A stretch of 64,000 nucleotides of DNA, taken from the NCBI RefSeq assembly GCF_037042905.1, contig NC_087251.1, forward strand, positions 36,582,001 through 36,646,000, given 5' to 3'. Shown piece by piece: positions 48,844 to 62,710 of this stretch; the stretch's first letter is position 1; every line of letters begins with the position of its first letter. Source of the DNA: Lytechinus pictus (Eukaryota). Below the pieces are notes generated by a model. It was not told where the DNA came from, searched no databases, and saw only the letters and a program-made list of their open reading frames with translations. The position numbers and the translations under genes are program-made.

Positions 48844-51800
48844 ATCTGCACAAATTAAAATATTTCACAATTCATGTAGTAAATGTAGAAGAACTATAGA
48901 AAGTGTGTGTTATCATCAACTTATCAGTTGCAAATGACTAGATTGTGTATTTAGTAACGTTTTGTGAAAATGAACGAAATTAAAAAAAGGAACTTTATTA
49001 TTCCGTCCAATGTGATGATAATTTCAGCGTTGTGCCTATTTAATTTTTTTTTTATTCAGATAAACTTTTTGTTGGGGAGGACTTTCCTTCGACAAAAGCT
49101 CCAGGAGCCCGTAACACAAAGCTTAATCAGCAATCATCATAGAATATTTTTTTACGATTAATTCCATTGACTACAGCTATGCTGTCATTGTCCATTGTAA
49201 TTTGTAAGTAAGTCACGTTGACTCCCGGCGTTGACTCTGATGACGACTGACGTCACTGCAGGGTTGAGATCTGGAACGTTTTTTTAGGGAAAGGAGTTTA
49301 ACAAATTGAAAAATATTCTTTTTATGAATTATTATAAAAATTAGTCGATAAGTTTATGCAAGACGTATATTCCGCACTGTGCATCAATAGAAATCAACTT
49401 AAATTGGGTTGCAGGGATCCCCCAAATTGATACGAGACATCAGATAAAAAGAAAATCAGTTACAAATATGTTTGCTTTGATTATTCCAACTATCATGGAA
49501 AACTATTGTGATCGGCTCCCGAGCCCCTTACCATAGAGGTAGCTAATTTTGAAACTGGGCAATATAATGATGAGAATCATGATCTGTTACATTATTGTAT
49601 AGAAAAGAAAAGGAGCAGGTATATGTTTAAGACTGTTTCACTTGTTTTCTTTACGTTTCTGACTTTCAGCGCAAGAATGAACCTGGAGTCAACCAATACT
49701 TCTATCCCATTGAAAAAGATCGCCTATAGAGATAGTGATCATGGTGATAGTGCATATACATCCTGAGCCACGACTGGAATTTGATGTAGCCTGGTCAGTC
49801 AGCGAGGAATGGAGCAGGTTTTCATCAGGGGTTGAGGTGATGGCGGGTACAGGTGGATAGGAAAATGTTCTTTGGAAGGCATCTGTATCATTACTTTACG
49901 GTGAGATGAGGTCCGACGTCGCTTTTGACCAGCCAATCCGAGAGGACCCATCGGTTTTACCAGGACAGTAGGATGTAGATGGTGGACTTCAATCGATGAA
50001 TATACCAAGTCGTTTCTATGGTTTGAAAGTTCATCCGATGCAGTCTCATCATGGTGAGGGGTGATCCCGGGGAGTGATCAAGGATCCAGTTGGTCTTCAG
50101 CCGGCCCGAGACCGAAGACTTTTGTTACATGCCGGAAACCCCAACAAACATAATTGAAAGAAAAGAGGAAAATCAAACGAGCAGAACTATGAAAACTTCA
50201 TCAACATCGGATGTAAAATAAGAAAGTTATCACAAAACATTTATCGACCAATCACTATTTCTTTTGTTATGATTTTATTTCATGAAATATGACATGTCTT
50301 AATTTCTCATACTGTGAATCAAGGCTTGATTCCTCCTTGAAAATGAGGGATTTTCATAATTAAATTGTAATTCATTAAGACAATTTCTTGGCAAATCTGC
50401 ACAATTTGAAATATTCAATATTTCATTTCATAAAACACAAAAGAAATAGTGAGTGGGTGAAGTGGCCTACATCACTGATTCTCTTATTTGCATATCACTT
50501 TGTTGTGCAATGAATGCATTTTTTTTTCTAAAATAAGCATCATTATGCTCGTTTGATATTTCTCTTTATTAAAATCCACTTTTTATTTGGGGTGGACTTA
50601 TCCTTTGAATATTACAATATGATTCGTTGGAACAAAACAGGCCTATTTCAAAAGAAATATTTGCACGCGTTAACTTGAGCGGGGTGCAGAAAACGAAAAA
50701 AAATATATATATAAAGGAGGAAAGCAAGAAAAATCCGAATGCCGAAAGTAAAGCATAAGAAATGAAGCTTTGAGAGTTTAAAATTCAACATTATTTTAGC
50801 ACAGTCGCCTTGCTCTCTCGCAAGATTTTTCCTTTCAGGATCTCAAAAGATTTTACAGGAATTGTGGGTTAAGATTTAATCTATAACTTTGATAAAGTGT
50901 AGGCCTCTATTATTTGCCAGTTTCTGCTCCGTATATCTGTTAAAATAATAATGAAAAATACAGAACAAAGAGTTTTTGACAATCTCTACCTCTTAATTTC
51001 AATGTTTTACTTATCTATTGCTCTTTGCGCATAAAGCACAGGAAATTGCGTTTCGTGGATAAAAATTTGAATTATCCCCTGATATACAGTAAGCTTTACG
51101 TTGTCAAAAAGAAATCTTTCAAAGAAATTGCGCGTCGAGTTCGAAAAACAAAATTGTTTCAATGTTTTGCGTGTAATGGTATCTCACACAGCCTTAGTTA
51201 AGAATGAAATATGGGAGGCATATTTTCTAAAATGCGATTTCTGTTAATTCGAATTGGTATAAGTTCCTCAGCAAATGATATTTGGGTTATATTTGTGAAT
51301 TCATTATTTTGCCTGGGAGCCATTTCATAAGCCGTTCCTGAGTTACGGATGACTTTACACAAGACTGTTGACCTTTTCTTGTGCAAATGGTTGATCCCTA
51401 GGAAGCTGACTTGGCACTTGAAAACATGTTCCAGTCTTTTGTAAAATCGTGCGTAACTTACAAACAGCTTTATGAAACGACACCCAGGACCATTGATTAG
51501 TAAATTATCGTGTTACACCTTCTTTTGTGTATTTGTATTTATTCTCGTACCGGTTTCATGTAAAACTTGTTCCCCCCTCTCGATCTCCCTCATAATTGTT
51601 GTATTTCCATGATCACTAAACTTTGTAATTTCCCATTATATTCTATATTGCTGAAGATATCTCTCTATCTCTCCACCTCTACCCATCTACTTGTCACTGC
51701 TAATTTGCATTTATCATTTTAATGCTTTCCTTCTTGGTAAATCCTCTCAACTTTCTTTCACGACCGATTACAACTGCCCCCTCACTCCTTCGTGTTATAT

Positions 51801-54738
51801 GAATTTCCTTTCAACCCCTTCTTCATTTTTCTATCTATCATTAATATAAAACGCAAACCTTATTGCATTATCCCCCTCAAAATTAACCCCTCATCAAGTA
51901 TTCACCCTCTATCCCTCTTCACATTCAAATCCACCTTGAACGCCCCATTTCATATCTCATCCCCTTTCTCATTCTTGACGGATTTTCAGCGATCTTTCAG
52001 CTCTTCTCATTTTAATTCACTTTTTAAATATTCTTAGTCTTTTGATATTTGTCTATAACTCTGGCTCAATCACATCCAACCGGACCCACGACTCGGTCAT
52101 TCTACTTGGTTAAACAATCTTATCATCCCATACCTTCTCTGTGACAACTTTTCTCTATTTTCCATTCCCTCTCTCCCTCTAACTCCCCTCTCTAGTCTCT
52201 ACCCCCATTTTCACTGACCTCTTGGAAAATGAGTGAATTTCACGAAATGCATTGATAAATCTGATCTAATAATCACTTCAGCAATAGAACTAAACAAACT
52301 TCCGATTATCCTTTTGAAAACTTTGAAGAAGACTAACCTTAAGCAGCGCCAATTTGAAATATTTATTCTTGCTTTGTGAATTCCATACTATGTTCCATAT
52401 GTATTGTGTCATTCAATGCATTGATTACTATTACAAAATACAAATTGAATCTGTGATGAAATATGCAGCACATTTTCGGAAAATACTATTCAAGTAAATC
52501 TAAACTGGTATCGATTTCAAAATATTTTCAAAAAAATTATTTTCATTTTCTGAAGTTCACTCTTGTAAAATAAAATAAAATAAAACCTGGAATGTTGCAA
52601 AGTGCATTGTTATTGAGGTGTTCACTAATACTAAACAATTTACTCATGATTTTTCTTTTGGATTTATGGACAAAAAGTGGATTTTACCAAGTTTACTTTC
52701 ATTTGTGTTGATAATGAATATTTACTCTCAAAATGACATAATGCAGTATTTACAGTGATTATAATTATCTTTTTTTAAGGACACATTGTCCATCAATTCC
52801 AATCCATTTTGCAACATTTTACCAAGACTAGAATCTGGGAGGAGTCTGTGTGTGTGTGTGTGTGTGGGGGGGGGGGGGCTAGTTGAAGGTTATTTGGCTT
52901 GTACAGTGCAAAAAAGAGTAATCCAAATCATGAGGGTCTATGACACAGAAAAGAAATCCCTTGGTGTATATTGATAGTGATCACTATGTTAAGGCATAAA
53001 TTTAAATTTAATCATGGCCTTTCTTCTCAAAACTCAAAAGATGAATATTGTACCAGGAAAATATAGGCCTACTTAGAAATTTCCTTCGAAAAAAAGGAAT
53101 TATACGATAAACAATTAAAATATACATTAGCCTTCTAAATTTGGTTTACGTTCTGCACACTGTACAGTAGCCATGACAACCTAAAAGCTGATATTCTGAA
53201 AATCATGTTATGTTTTGTATTACATTTTCTGTATTCTGGATTAACTGCCATGAATTCAAAAATTGGATTTTATGGTTACTTAAAAAAATCACTATGTCAG
53301 CCAATAACAAACATGCTAGCAAAGATACAAACGTTAAGATAACACAATTTTTAGAATACCAGCCCTGGGCCCTGTTGCATAAAAATTAATATAAAATAGT
53401 GATACGGATCCTTAGAAGATGATTGGCTCAACAAATCTATCACATGACCAGTTACACAATTTAGCTAATAAGAAAAATTGCTAGTGGTATTGGTATTGAG
53501 ACAGTATCACAAGGCACCCGGGGCGATGGGCGATTTTGCCCCTGAAATGTTCAAAAGGGCCCATTAACTGCACTGTGAAAGCGTTCAGTATCCAATATTG
53601 CAGATTTATGCAGTTGTGAAAATAGCCCCTAAAAATTAAAAATAATTTTGCCTGTATTGAAATGAGGAAGATTTATAAAAAAATAGGGATCCACATCTCT
53701 ATTTTATATAAAACATAATACACATCAATTTGCTTGGGCATAAGAATAATTACCTTGTAATTTGTTACCTTTGAGACAGTCCAAATGCCCTCAGCTCCGC
53801 CTCGGGCATGTTAGAACTGTTCCGAAGGTATCTTGTGTGTGTAATTCCTATTAATGCCCTTGATGTGTAATGTATACTATTTAAGTGATTTTGCCATCCA
53901 ATGGTATACCATGGACCCCCCAAAAAAAACCCAAAGAAAATGGAAAGGGAGATATATATTACAAAGGTAAAAACTTCATCATCTTGGGCTTGTTGCACCA
54001 CCAAATGGATGGCAAAATTACTTTAATACAATGGGGCCCACCATGGGGGATTAAGGAACAAAGCCAAATTTTGCACGGGGGGGGGGGTGTATGTTCAGGG
54101 TTTATAATAGATTAAAAGGGGGCAGGTAAGAGGATGATATTCACAGGGGACAGAATAAGCATAATTGAAAAGCAATTTTCATTTTCAAAAACCTTTTATT
54201 AAAGATTTAAAAAAAGCCAATAAAAAAAATGACCAGCAGTCCAGAAGATTCATTCAAGTATACAAGATACCATAGCAGCTAATGACCTCTTAATTCAATG
54301 GGGCAAACCCTACCCCCTCACAAAATGACCAGCAGCCTAGTCTGAGCTTGGAGTCTTCTTGTCAAAATCACACAATATGTGACATCACTACGGAGAGACT
54401 CATGTTTCAGTGTGTACCAGAGAGGGACACTGAATACTGTTGTGCATGGTATACAACTTTCCACAATGAAAGTGCTTTAATAATGATTTCAATGATCTTT
54501 TGTGTAGCCAAGAGTATGAAAGACAATGCATCGACTTTCCAAGTGATAATGTTGCTGGGGGCAACAGTTAATTTTTTAGGGGAAACATTTATTCATAAAA
54601 AGAAATTTCCTTTACCAACCCCCCATCTTTCCCAACTACTCCCTCTTCCTGCCATAATAATTAATCTCCTTTGTAGTTTTTCATTCACCCTTGAACAAAA
54701 CCACCACCTTATTTCCTTTAATCTGCTCCCTTCCTTAC

Positions 54739-54898
54739 CAGGGGCCACGGAACGGTTTTCAAAGTGGGGGGGGGCTGACCATGCAAAAAATCACAATCGT
54801 ATGGTCATTTTGACGTTTTTGTACATGGTTTTGGAAAAAAGTGGGGGGGCTGAAGCCCCCCCAGCCCCCCCCCCCCCCCCCCGCTTCTGTGGCCCCTG
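54739..54898. mobile_element. Short hAT-like MITE with 5-bp target duplication
   Basis: CTTAC|CAGGGGCCACGGAA ... TTCTGTGGCCCCTG|CTTAC. A decayed relative lies in the isthmin 3' UTR (~19585-19700 and its duplicate). Confidence 0.8.
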
Positions 54899-56214
54899 CT
54901 TACAACCATCTCCCCTTCCCCTCCACTGATTGTGCTCTCTTCCCATACCTCCCTGTACTATCCATCCAGGGAAGCATTTCATGAAGATTTTGGTCAGTGA
55001 TAATCACTAACAAAACTCATCATGAAATGCTCCATGTATCTGCCCATTTCAATCATTTCACATCTTTTAAACATTAACAATTCATGACTGACACTAAAAT
55101 GTTCTAATTTTCAAATTAATATTTTTGAGTACTATTACTAATAATTTTTCACATTTCATATTTTTATCAAACAATTCAATTTATATCACATTAAAAAAAT
55201 TGTTAATTGGCTATTTTTTTTTTGGGGGGGTGGGCTTTTCTTTTCAAGAGCAAATATTACGATTTTGCTAATATATATACCTTTTCTGTACATGATGCAA
55301 TTAATTTCAATGAACATTGCATTTTTATCCAAAAAAAAACCAACAGAAAATTATTTTTTTCCTTTCAAGCTAATTTATTCATTCACCATCATACAAGAAC
55401 CAAATGTTTGCTTGCATACTGTATCCATCACATAACCATGAACTCTGAGAGATCAGGCGAGGCACCGACAATGAAAGATAGATCTAATAAGTTAGGACCT
55501 CAACATAGGCTTGTCCTGAGGGAGTACACTTCATATCCCACAATGGTTTATAATCCCCCATCAATTATTACAATACAATGCATGAAACCTAGTAGTGAAG
55601 CAAAATGTCAAATTTCAGAGACGGCACCCAAGGGTAAAAAAAACTATTTCTTCAGCTGGATGGTCATCAAGAACCAAAGGCAACTCCCACAGACAGAACC
55701 CAATAAAATTGCCCAAACTTGTTGCAGACTGGTTGGAAGAAACCGCTTCTTTAACCAAATGGAGTGTTAGAACAATCTTCTAAAACATGCAATGTCAAAT
55801 CTGACAGACAGCACCCAACAAAATTTCCCAAACTTGATCCACATTGGACATAGGAAACCATTTCTTTAGCCAAAGGGACAGACACTGCTGTAAAAATCTA
55901 CCAATCACTGCCCTACCCAAAGACTGGAAGATGGATGAATGAACAGCCTAGCATCACTTTATGTCAAGCTTCAGGACCTGGCTGAGAAACTTCTCTGACA
56001 TGATCAAAGGAACTATAAGCAAGAAGAAGGAAATAATTCTATGATGGTCTGCAAATTATGCATTGTATGATCATTGCAAAGAAGTGAAAGACTCACAAGT
56101 TCCCATGAAAGATTTTTAGATGTCACAAGATCAGAAACAAATTGAATCATTGAGTGGAGGACCTCCAAATATAACTGGCGATGGTAAGCAGGAAGCAGGT
56201 ACATGCTTACATGC

Positions 56215-57319
56215 ATATTGTACTGAAATTTGGAGTTTACCAACGCTCTTACGTGAAGATAAAGAAATAGAAAAACTGTATAAATCATTTCTTCCTGAAA
56301 AGATACATAACCAATACTTGAAAACGGTTCTTGGTGTTCATAGATCACCAACTAATAGTGATATTTTGGCCGAGTTTGGGCGATATCCCTTATATATCTC
56401 AGCTTTAAAACATAGCATCGGATACTGGCATCACGTAATTTCAATAAAAGATAACAGTCTTGTAAAAAGAGCATATGATGTGCCGCTTTATTTCAATAAC
56501 GGGTTCCAAAATTACATACGAATATTATCAAAACAAATCGGTTTTCTTCATGTGTGGGAAAACCAGGGAACCTTCTCAAAAAGAGCACTTCTGAAAGCAA
56601 TTATGGACAAACTCGATGATCGTTATATAATATCATGGAAAAACAGTCTCAATGATAACACCCAATATTCCCATGACCAATGCAATAAACTAAGAACCTA
56701 TAAAACATTTAAAAAAGATTATAAGATTGAAAATTACCTACTATTAGATATTGAAAAGACGCACATCACTAATTTTGCAAAGTTAAGAATAAGCAATAGT
56801 AACCTTATGACAGAACAAGGTAGATATAATAGGATTGCAGTAACCTAAACGATAGAATAAGCCCTGTTTGTTCGACTTATGTAGAGGATGACATTTCTCT
56901 GTACACTGTAAGGCCCTTGAAGAACCCCGAAATAAATTATTTAACAAGTTAAAGGAGGTGCTGCTGGATTTTATAAGAATAACTAACAAAAACAAATTCC
57001 AAATGATATTAGGTAGCAATGACATGGATATCAGCAAAATATGTGTTATAGGAATAAGTTATATATACGTGGAGAGACTGAGGATGCTTAAAAGAAAAAG
57101 ATAATATTATGTTTATATATTTGTATAGGTATGGGTGTATTATGTTTAGGTATATTATGTATATGTGTGTACTATATTTATGCATTGATATGTATCTCGC
57201 ATCTAACATGCTATCCAAGTTATCCGTTATTATGTTACATTTTTTTCTTCTGATGTTTCTTTGTTTTTGATGATGATCCTTCAATGTCAGGATTTTATAT
57301 CAATAAACTTTTGAATTTG
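56215..57319 (+). mobile_element. 5'-truncated non-LTR retrotransposon (RTE-X-like ORF2 C-terminal region), degenerate
   Basis: Encodes EKIHNQYLKTVLGVHRSPTNSDILAEFGRYPLYI...NKLRTYKTFKKDYKIENYLL...AKLRISNSNLMTEQGRY. This is followed by a frameshifted VED..HF..HC zinc-knuckle remnant and an AT-rich 3' UTR ending caataaacttttgaatttg. Confidence 0.85.
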
Positions 57320-57329
57320 CATACCTTAA

Positions 57330-57339
57330 CCCTATCCAG

Positions 57340-57374
<35 letters not shown>

Positions 57375-57444
57375 CGGTGGCTAAAAAACAAAACATCCCC
57401 CTCCCTGGTCTTTGTAATTTTAAAATAGCCTGGGCTATATAGGG
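57330..57444. mobile_element. Tiny piggyBac-like MITE containing a ~35-nt poly-G run
   Basis: TTAA|CCCTATCCAGC ... GCTATATAGGG|TTAA. Confidence 0.75.
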
Positions 57445-60400
57445 TTAAACACTAACTTCCCCTCACTTTAAGGGATTATATTTCTGAATACCTCAAATGT
57501 GATGTTTCCTCTGAACAGGAAAATCTATTCAAACTTCATTCCAAAGAAAGAGCATTTCCTCCTGGACACAGAATATGAATGTTGACAAAGACTTCAAGAA
57601 TCTGCCTTATTAGAATTCAAACAAGTGCCATGTGGTTTAATAAGTAGAGTTACAGACTAAGCCAGAAAATGTATCAGATGTAAGTAGCTTCCCTTTTGGT
57701 GACAAGATCGGCATGCATGAGGAGAACAAAATCCAATAAACACAACACACCAAATGGCTAAGACAAAAATGACAAACTGGAACTAGATCCACTGAGAATT
57801 CCTCTAATGCCACACAAAGATGCCAACACTCTCACAAGAAATGCAGCATTTTTTAGTCCAAGAAGCATGTGACTTGCACGAGGTTTTAAAGAGCTCTGGA
57901 TATCATGCGTAAGCTGAAAGGAACACCATTCCTTGTGGTCAGACAGTACTTGAAGATTATCGCAGCATAACCAGATTCCAAACACCAAATATAAAGTCAC
58001 ATGCAACTGAAACAAATTTCTGGAAGTCAGCAGCACTCTCTCCGAACATACGTCACTAGTTCCTCTCTCTTCTCTTTGTGCAGAACAAATGGTTACCTGC
58101 GTCGATTTGGAGTGCAAACCAATTTTTGATCGATCTTGATCAATGTCACAGAGCTCCAAAGCCATATTGGCTAAACTGCAAAGTCAATATTTCAAATATC
58201 TAAATGGGTCAACTTGAAACACTACACTGGCAAGGCTCTAGAAATCAAAATTTGACATTGCACTTCTGAATCAAGATTCCAGACTTATATATATTGCTCT
58301 GATTGAAGAAGCATTTTTTTTACACATTGTGGAAAAACCATTGAAGTGCACAACCCTCATAAAAATGGATGAAAAATTTATATCCGAAGATGAAGATTTG
58401 GGCAGACAAACCTATTTTGAGAATCTACCTTGATCATCACATATCTTAACATTCGTGCAGTCCACATTATCTCTTCACATTCTGTGAATACATTATGGAC
58501 ACACACTCAGCAAACATGAGGTCTATGTACGTACATGGTGAAATGACCTTGATAAAGTTTGAAATATTTATTCAAATTAGTCTGACCAAAAAAAGAACAC
58601 ATACAGAAAAGGAGAATATATATATTGCAAAATAATTCACATTGCTCTATTATTGCTGTGCAATTAAAAAAATGAGATCAATGTCTGTATATATAAATTT
58701 CTAATAAAAATTGTTTATCTTTTAGCACATTATTAAATCAGTCATGGCAAATATAATGTTGTAACAATGTGAAACAAAGATAAAGTCAGAGCAACATCTA
58801 GAACAAATAGTACTGGGAGGAATTTAAAGAAAGACTATAATCATTGGATTGATTTGGCACAGCTAACAAAAGGATACAGAAATGGGAAGAAATACCAGTG
58901 AAGGTAAAGAGTAGGGATTACAGTCATTAAAATAAGAGAAATTCCTGATATGGGGAAAATTGCAACCCAACATTTTCACAAAGGTTATTGCCCTCAGTAC
59001 ATAATTACTGGAAAACTGATTGCATTGTCTCACATACTTTCGGCTACACAAAATATCATTGAAATCATTATTAAAGCACTTACATTGTGGCAAGTTGTCT
59101 ATCATGCACAACTGTGTCCAGTGCCCACTGCACACTGAAAAATATATCTCTTGGTACTGATGTCACTAATTGTGTGATTTTGGCAGGAAGAACCCAGCTC
59201 AAACCAGACAGGAAGCCATGTTTGTGAGGATGAGGGCCTACCATCATTGATCAACGAGGTCAACTGCTATGGTCCTGCAACTTGAATAAATCTTCTGGGC
59301 TGCTGGTCTTACAATTCATTTTTTCAACAAAGAAAAAAAAATACACTTCATGAATACAAAGCAAGTATTGTATATAGCACAGACAATTGTACACTGTAGG
59401 GCAGGTCCAAGCTATCTGACATTGATGTAAAGGTCACCGCACACCTTTTGATTGGCCTGCGAACCTATTATTAAAGGAGTATTTGTGAACATAGAGACAT
59501 GTCACATCTTGCTGTGTAAAATTCTAAATCATCCAATGAATATACTCATATTGAAATCTGTGACTATGCTAGCATCATCATTTGAATAAAAGCAAAATGA
59601 CAATCTAGTCAAAAAGACGTCATAGCAATCGTATGATTGGTTACAATCAAAAACCAACTTGGCCTTTACTAAATAAATTAAAGGCTTAAAATCATCCAAA
59701 ATTATTTAGTATACTCAGTTAATTCAAGTCTCGAAAAAAGATAGTAGTCGATCACATTTCAGAAAATTAGCAAAATGTCATTTGTTCCAAAATCAGATCG
59801 TGGACCACTCGCAAGGTGTGCAGACTAATTAAAGAAGTGTTTCACAAAAAATTAAATGTGATTAAATAGCTACTTGCTTGTGGAAAATAACAGATCAATA
59901 GATTGTTTGAATCACTCTCAAAGGACGCGCTCTAATGCAAATGAATTGATCAGACTGTGTATCAAAGATTATGAGCGTGTTAATGCTTTCAACATGACTG
60001 GTCAGATTTCTTTTTTCTTTTGATGAAACACTTCCCAGAATTGTATTGCTAGTTTGATATACTTATAAAAAAGGTAAAATATCCAATAATATGAAAGCAC
60101 TTTCTAACACAGTAACACCATCTGACCTATCTACTAGTACCATGGATTTTTGTCTTAACCTGGGTTGAGTGTGGCACAATGTGGGTAAGTTTCTTGTTGA
60201 AGGAAAACACAGATCGAAAGACAAGATTTGATCTCTTCAGTTATAGAGAGAACAAATTATTTCAATATAGATTATTTTACAACTAGGGGTGTACCAAGCT
60301 GTCTCATTTGACTAAAAAAATTGTTTGTTTTTCCTAATTTTTCTGAGTTTTAAAGAAGTGAAATTATATTTTTTTTTAGTTGTGAGAGGCATAATGTCAC

Positions 60401-61870
60401 CCACTTATTTTTTCTATGAAGGGTTAATCTTTGATTACTTGTTCTGTTGATCACCTATTTGTTAGATTTTTTTTTTTTTTGGGGGGAGGACACATTTAGA
60501 AAAAAAATGGATTTTAAACAGACATTGGAACATTAGAGGGCACCCATCAATGTTTCGCATAATGTTTTCAAAACAAAACTTCTCCCGCATCTTTAAAGAC
60601 TAAAATTTGCTCAAAAACATGATTTTGTATGCAATTTCAATACAAATTGTGCTTTCAACCACATATGAATAACTGAATATATTTGTTGTCATTACTATAT
60701 TTTATGCTGTTTGCAATCTTTTAAGTATCACTAGAGAATTTCATGAAAAAACTATTAAATGAAATGCAAGAAGTCGAAAAGAAATAAATACATAGGAAAT
60801 CGTAAAAACAAAATAATACATAAGAATTTGGCCTGATATTGCAGTTTTTCCAAGAACATTTGACAAGACCACCACAAATACTTTCTGCACCAAAAATTAG
60901 GACATTTGGAGCTTTATTTTGGAAGCAAAAAGCATGATTTTGCATACTTATTACAAATATATTAGCAAAATCAATTTATAGCAATTTTCATGAAGTATAT
61001 ACCAATGATTTTGTAGATTAGGTCCAAGGCAATGTGCATGCCAGCTATCGGTGCAATGGCAGTCGATGACTAAGATTTCAAGGGAACCCCCACCCTCTTG
61101 TTAGGGTTAATTCTAAGCCTCACAACACCTACATAGTATGCATGCAATAATGACACAACAGACAATTCAGATACAATCAAACATCAGCAAAGAGATAATA
61201 GCTTGGACCTGCTGATTGGAGCTATGTAAAAGTCACCATAAAACACATTAAAATGGGTTCATGAGGGAAAATGAATGTAAAAGTCACATTTGATAACAAA
61301 AAAGTTTTGGATTAATTGATATAAAAGTTTAAACTGATAACAGGTTTGATAAATTTGATCTACCCGATCACTTAAAAAAAAACAGAAGATCATTTTAAGA
61401 TTGGTGCCACGTCCTTGTCTCTGATAGACTATCTCTATCATTTATGCTTGGTAAATGGTTCACATCAGATAGGGGGTGTATCCATGATGCACATTGAGTG
61501 ACACGACTGCGGGTGTAAAGTGAAAGAAATAATATTATATTATTAAAAACAACATTTCTTTTTCAAAAAGTTTGCATTGGGAAAAATGCACTTCTGGTAT
61601 TTATCACAATCATACAGGAATTTCAACAAATTTTTATTTGATGAAATCATTATATGTACATAGATCGACAAAAACACTTTAAAAATTCACTCGCTTATTT
61701 AGTATTTTAAATGGGATATCTTTTAGAAAAGATGTCTGAATATTGCAATTTCAGGTGCAATGTATACTTGCAATTTCTGAGACTCACTGTGAAGGGGACT
61801 TAGCAGTGCATTAAAAATGTTTATTTTGGTATACATGAATTATCTGTGTCAACAATCGTAAAAAGTGCAC

Positions 61871-62710
61871 TGCACAACTTACCACTAGTTCTGGTGGCAT
61901 ATTGCTGGGTATTCTCTTGATCATTGACCCGCGTTTGTTGACTTCATCTTCCTGCATGACACCAACTTTTCCTAATCTACCTCCATATACAGCAGCCTTT
62001 TCTGCTAGTAGAACCCTTCATTCCAGTGCTCTGCTCTCTTGAATAGCACTCTATACCTTCTGTATACAGAAACATAAATTTAAGATAAAAATTAGTTCTT
62101 GGTTCTGAAGTGGAATGACTCAAACAATCTTATCTGCTTCACACAAATCAATATACATAGGATTGATGACTTTGTGATATTGAAATATCAAGTATTTTCT
62201 TTTTTTACATTACCTGTTGATTATACAATGTAAGAATCAAAGGCCACGGAGGGATATTGCACAACTTACCACTGGTTCTGGTGGCCTATTGCTGGGTATT
62301 TATTTGACCATTGACCCGAGTTTGTCGAGTTCATCCCTCAGCATGACAACAAATTCTTCTTAATCAAGCTCCATATTCTCTGCTTTCAGTTGGACCACTT
62401 CTGCCAGATAAACCCTTGATTCCAGGGATGTGCTCTCGTGGATAGCACTCTGTGCTTGCTTGAGAGAGTAATGAAAATAGAAGATAAAATTTAGTTCTCG
62501 GTTCTGAAGTGGAATGACTCTGGCAGTCACGCCTGCATCACACAAATCATGCACAGGATTGATGACTTTGTGGTGTTGAAATATCAAACATTTCTCTTTT
62601 CCATTGAATGTACAATGGAATAATCTAAGGCTTTGAAAGGCAAATGTTCTGGATACCCCGTTGACTGGCCTCACTGTCCATCTTATTGTCCTTGGAATAA
62701 TTGATGCCAT
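61871..62710 (-). pseudogene. Tandemly duplicated, decayed exon-like segment (~390-bp period) of an unidentified gene
   Basis: Both copies end at the donor GTG|GTAAGTTGTGCA. The upstream copy reads MASIIPRTIRW...ENMELD*EEFVVMLRDELDKLGSMVK*IPSNRPPEPV with in-frame stops. The downstream copy is more degenerate. Confidence 0.45.

Noticed and set aside
54348..55770. 193-aa and 187-aa ORFs
   Set aside because: No recognisable domain. They read through a MITE, poly-C or AT-rich UTR-like sequence, with a composition typical of non-coding DNA.
55688..55880. Degenerate ~115-bp direct repeat (cagacag.acccaa.aaaatt.cccaaacttg)
   Set aside because: Only two diverged units with no coding or structural signal; an ordinary local duplication.
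57341..57375. Long poly-G run as a functional G-quadruplex element
   Set aside because: Lies inside a TTAA-flanked MITE. G/C homopolymers are ubiquitous in this window's repeats and their lengths are error-prone.
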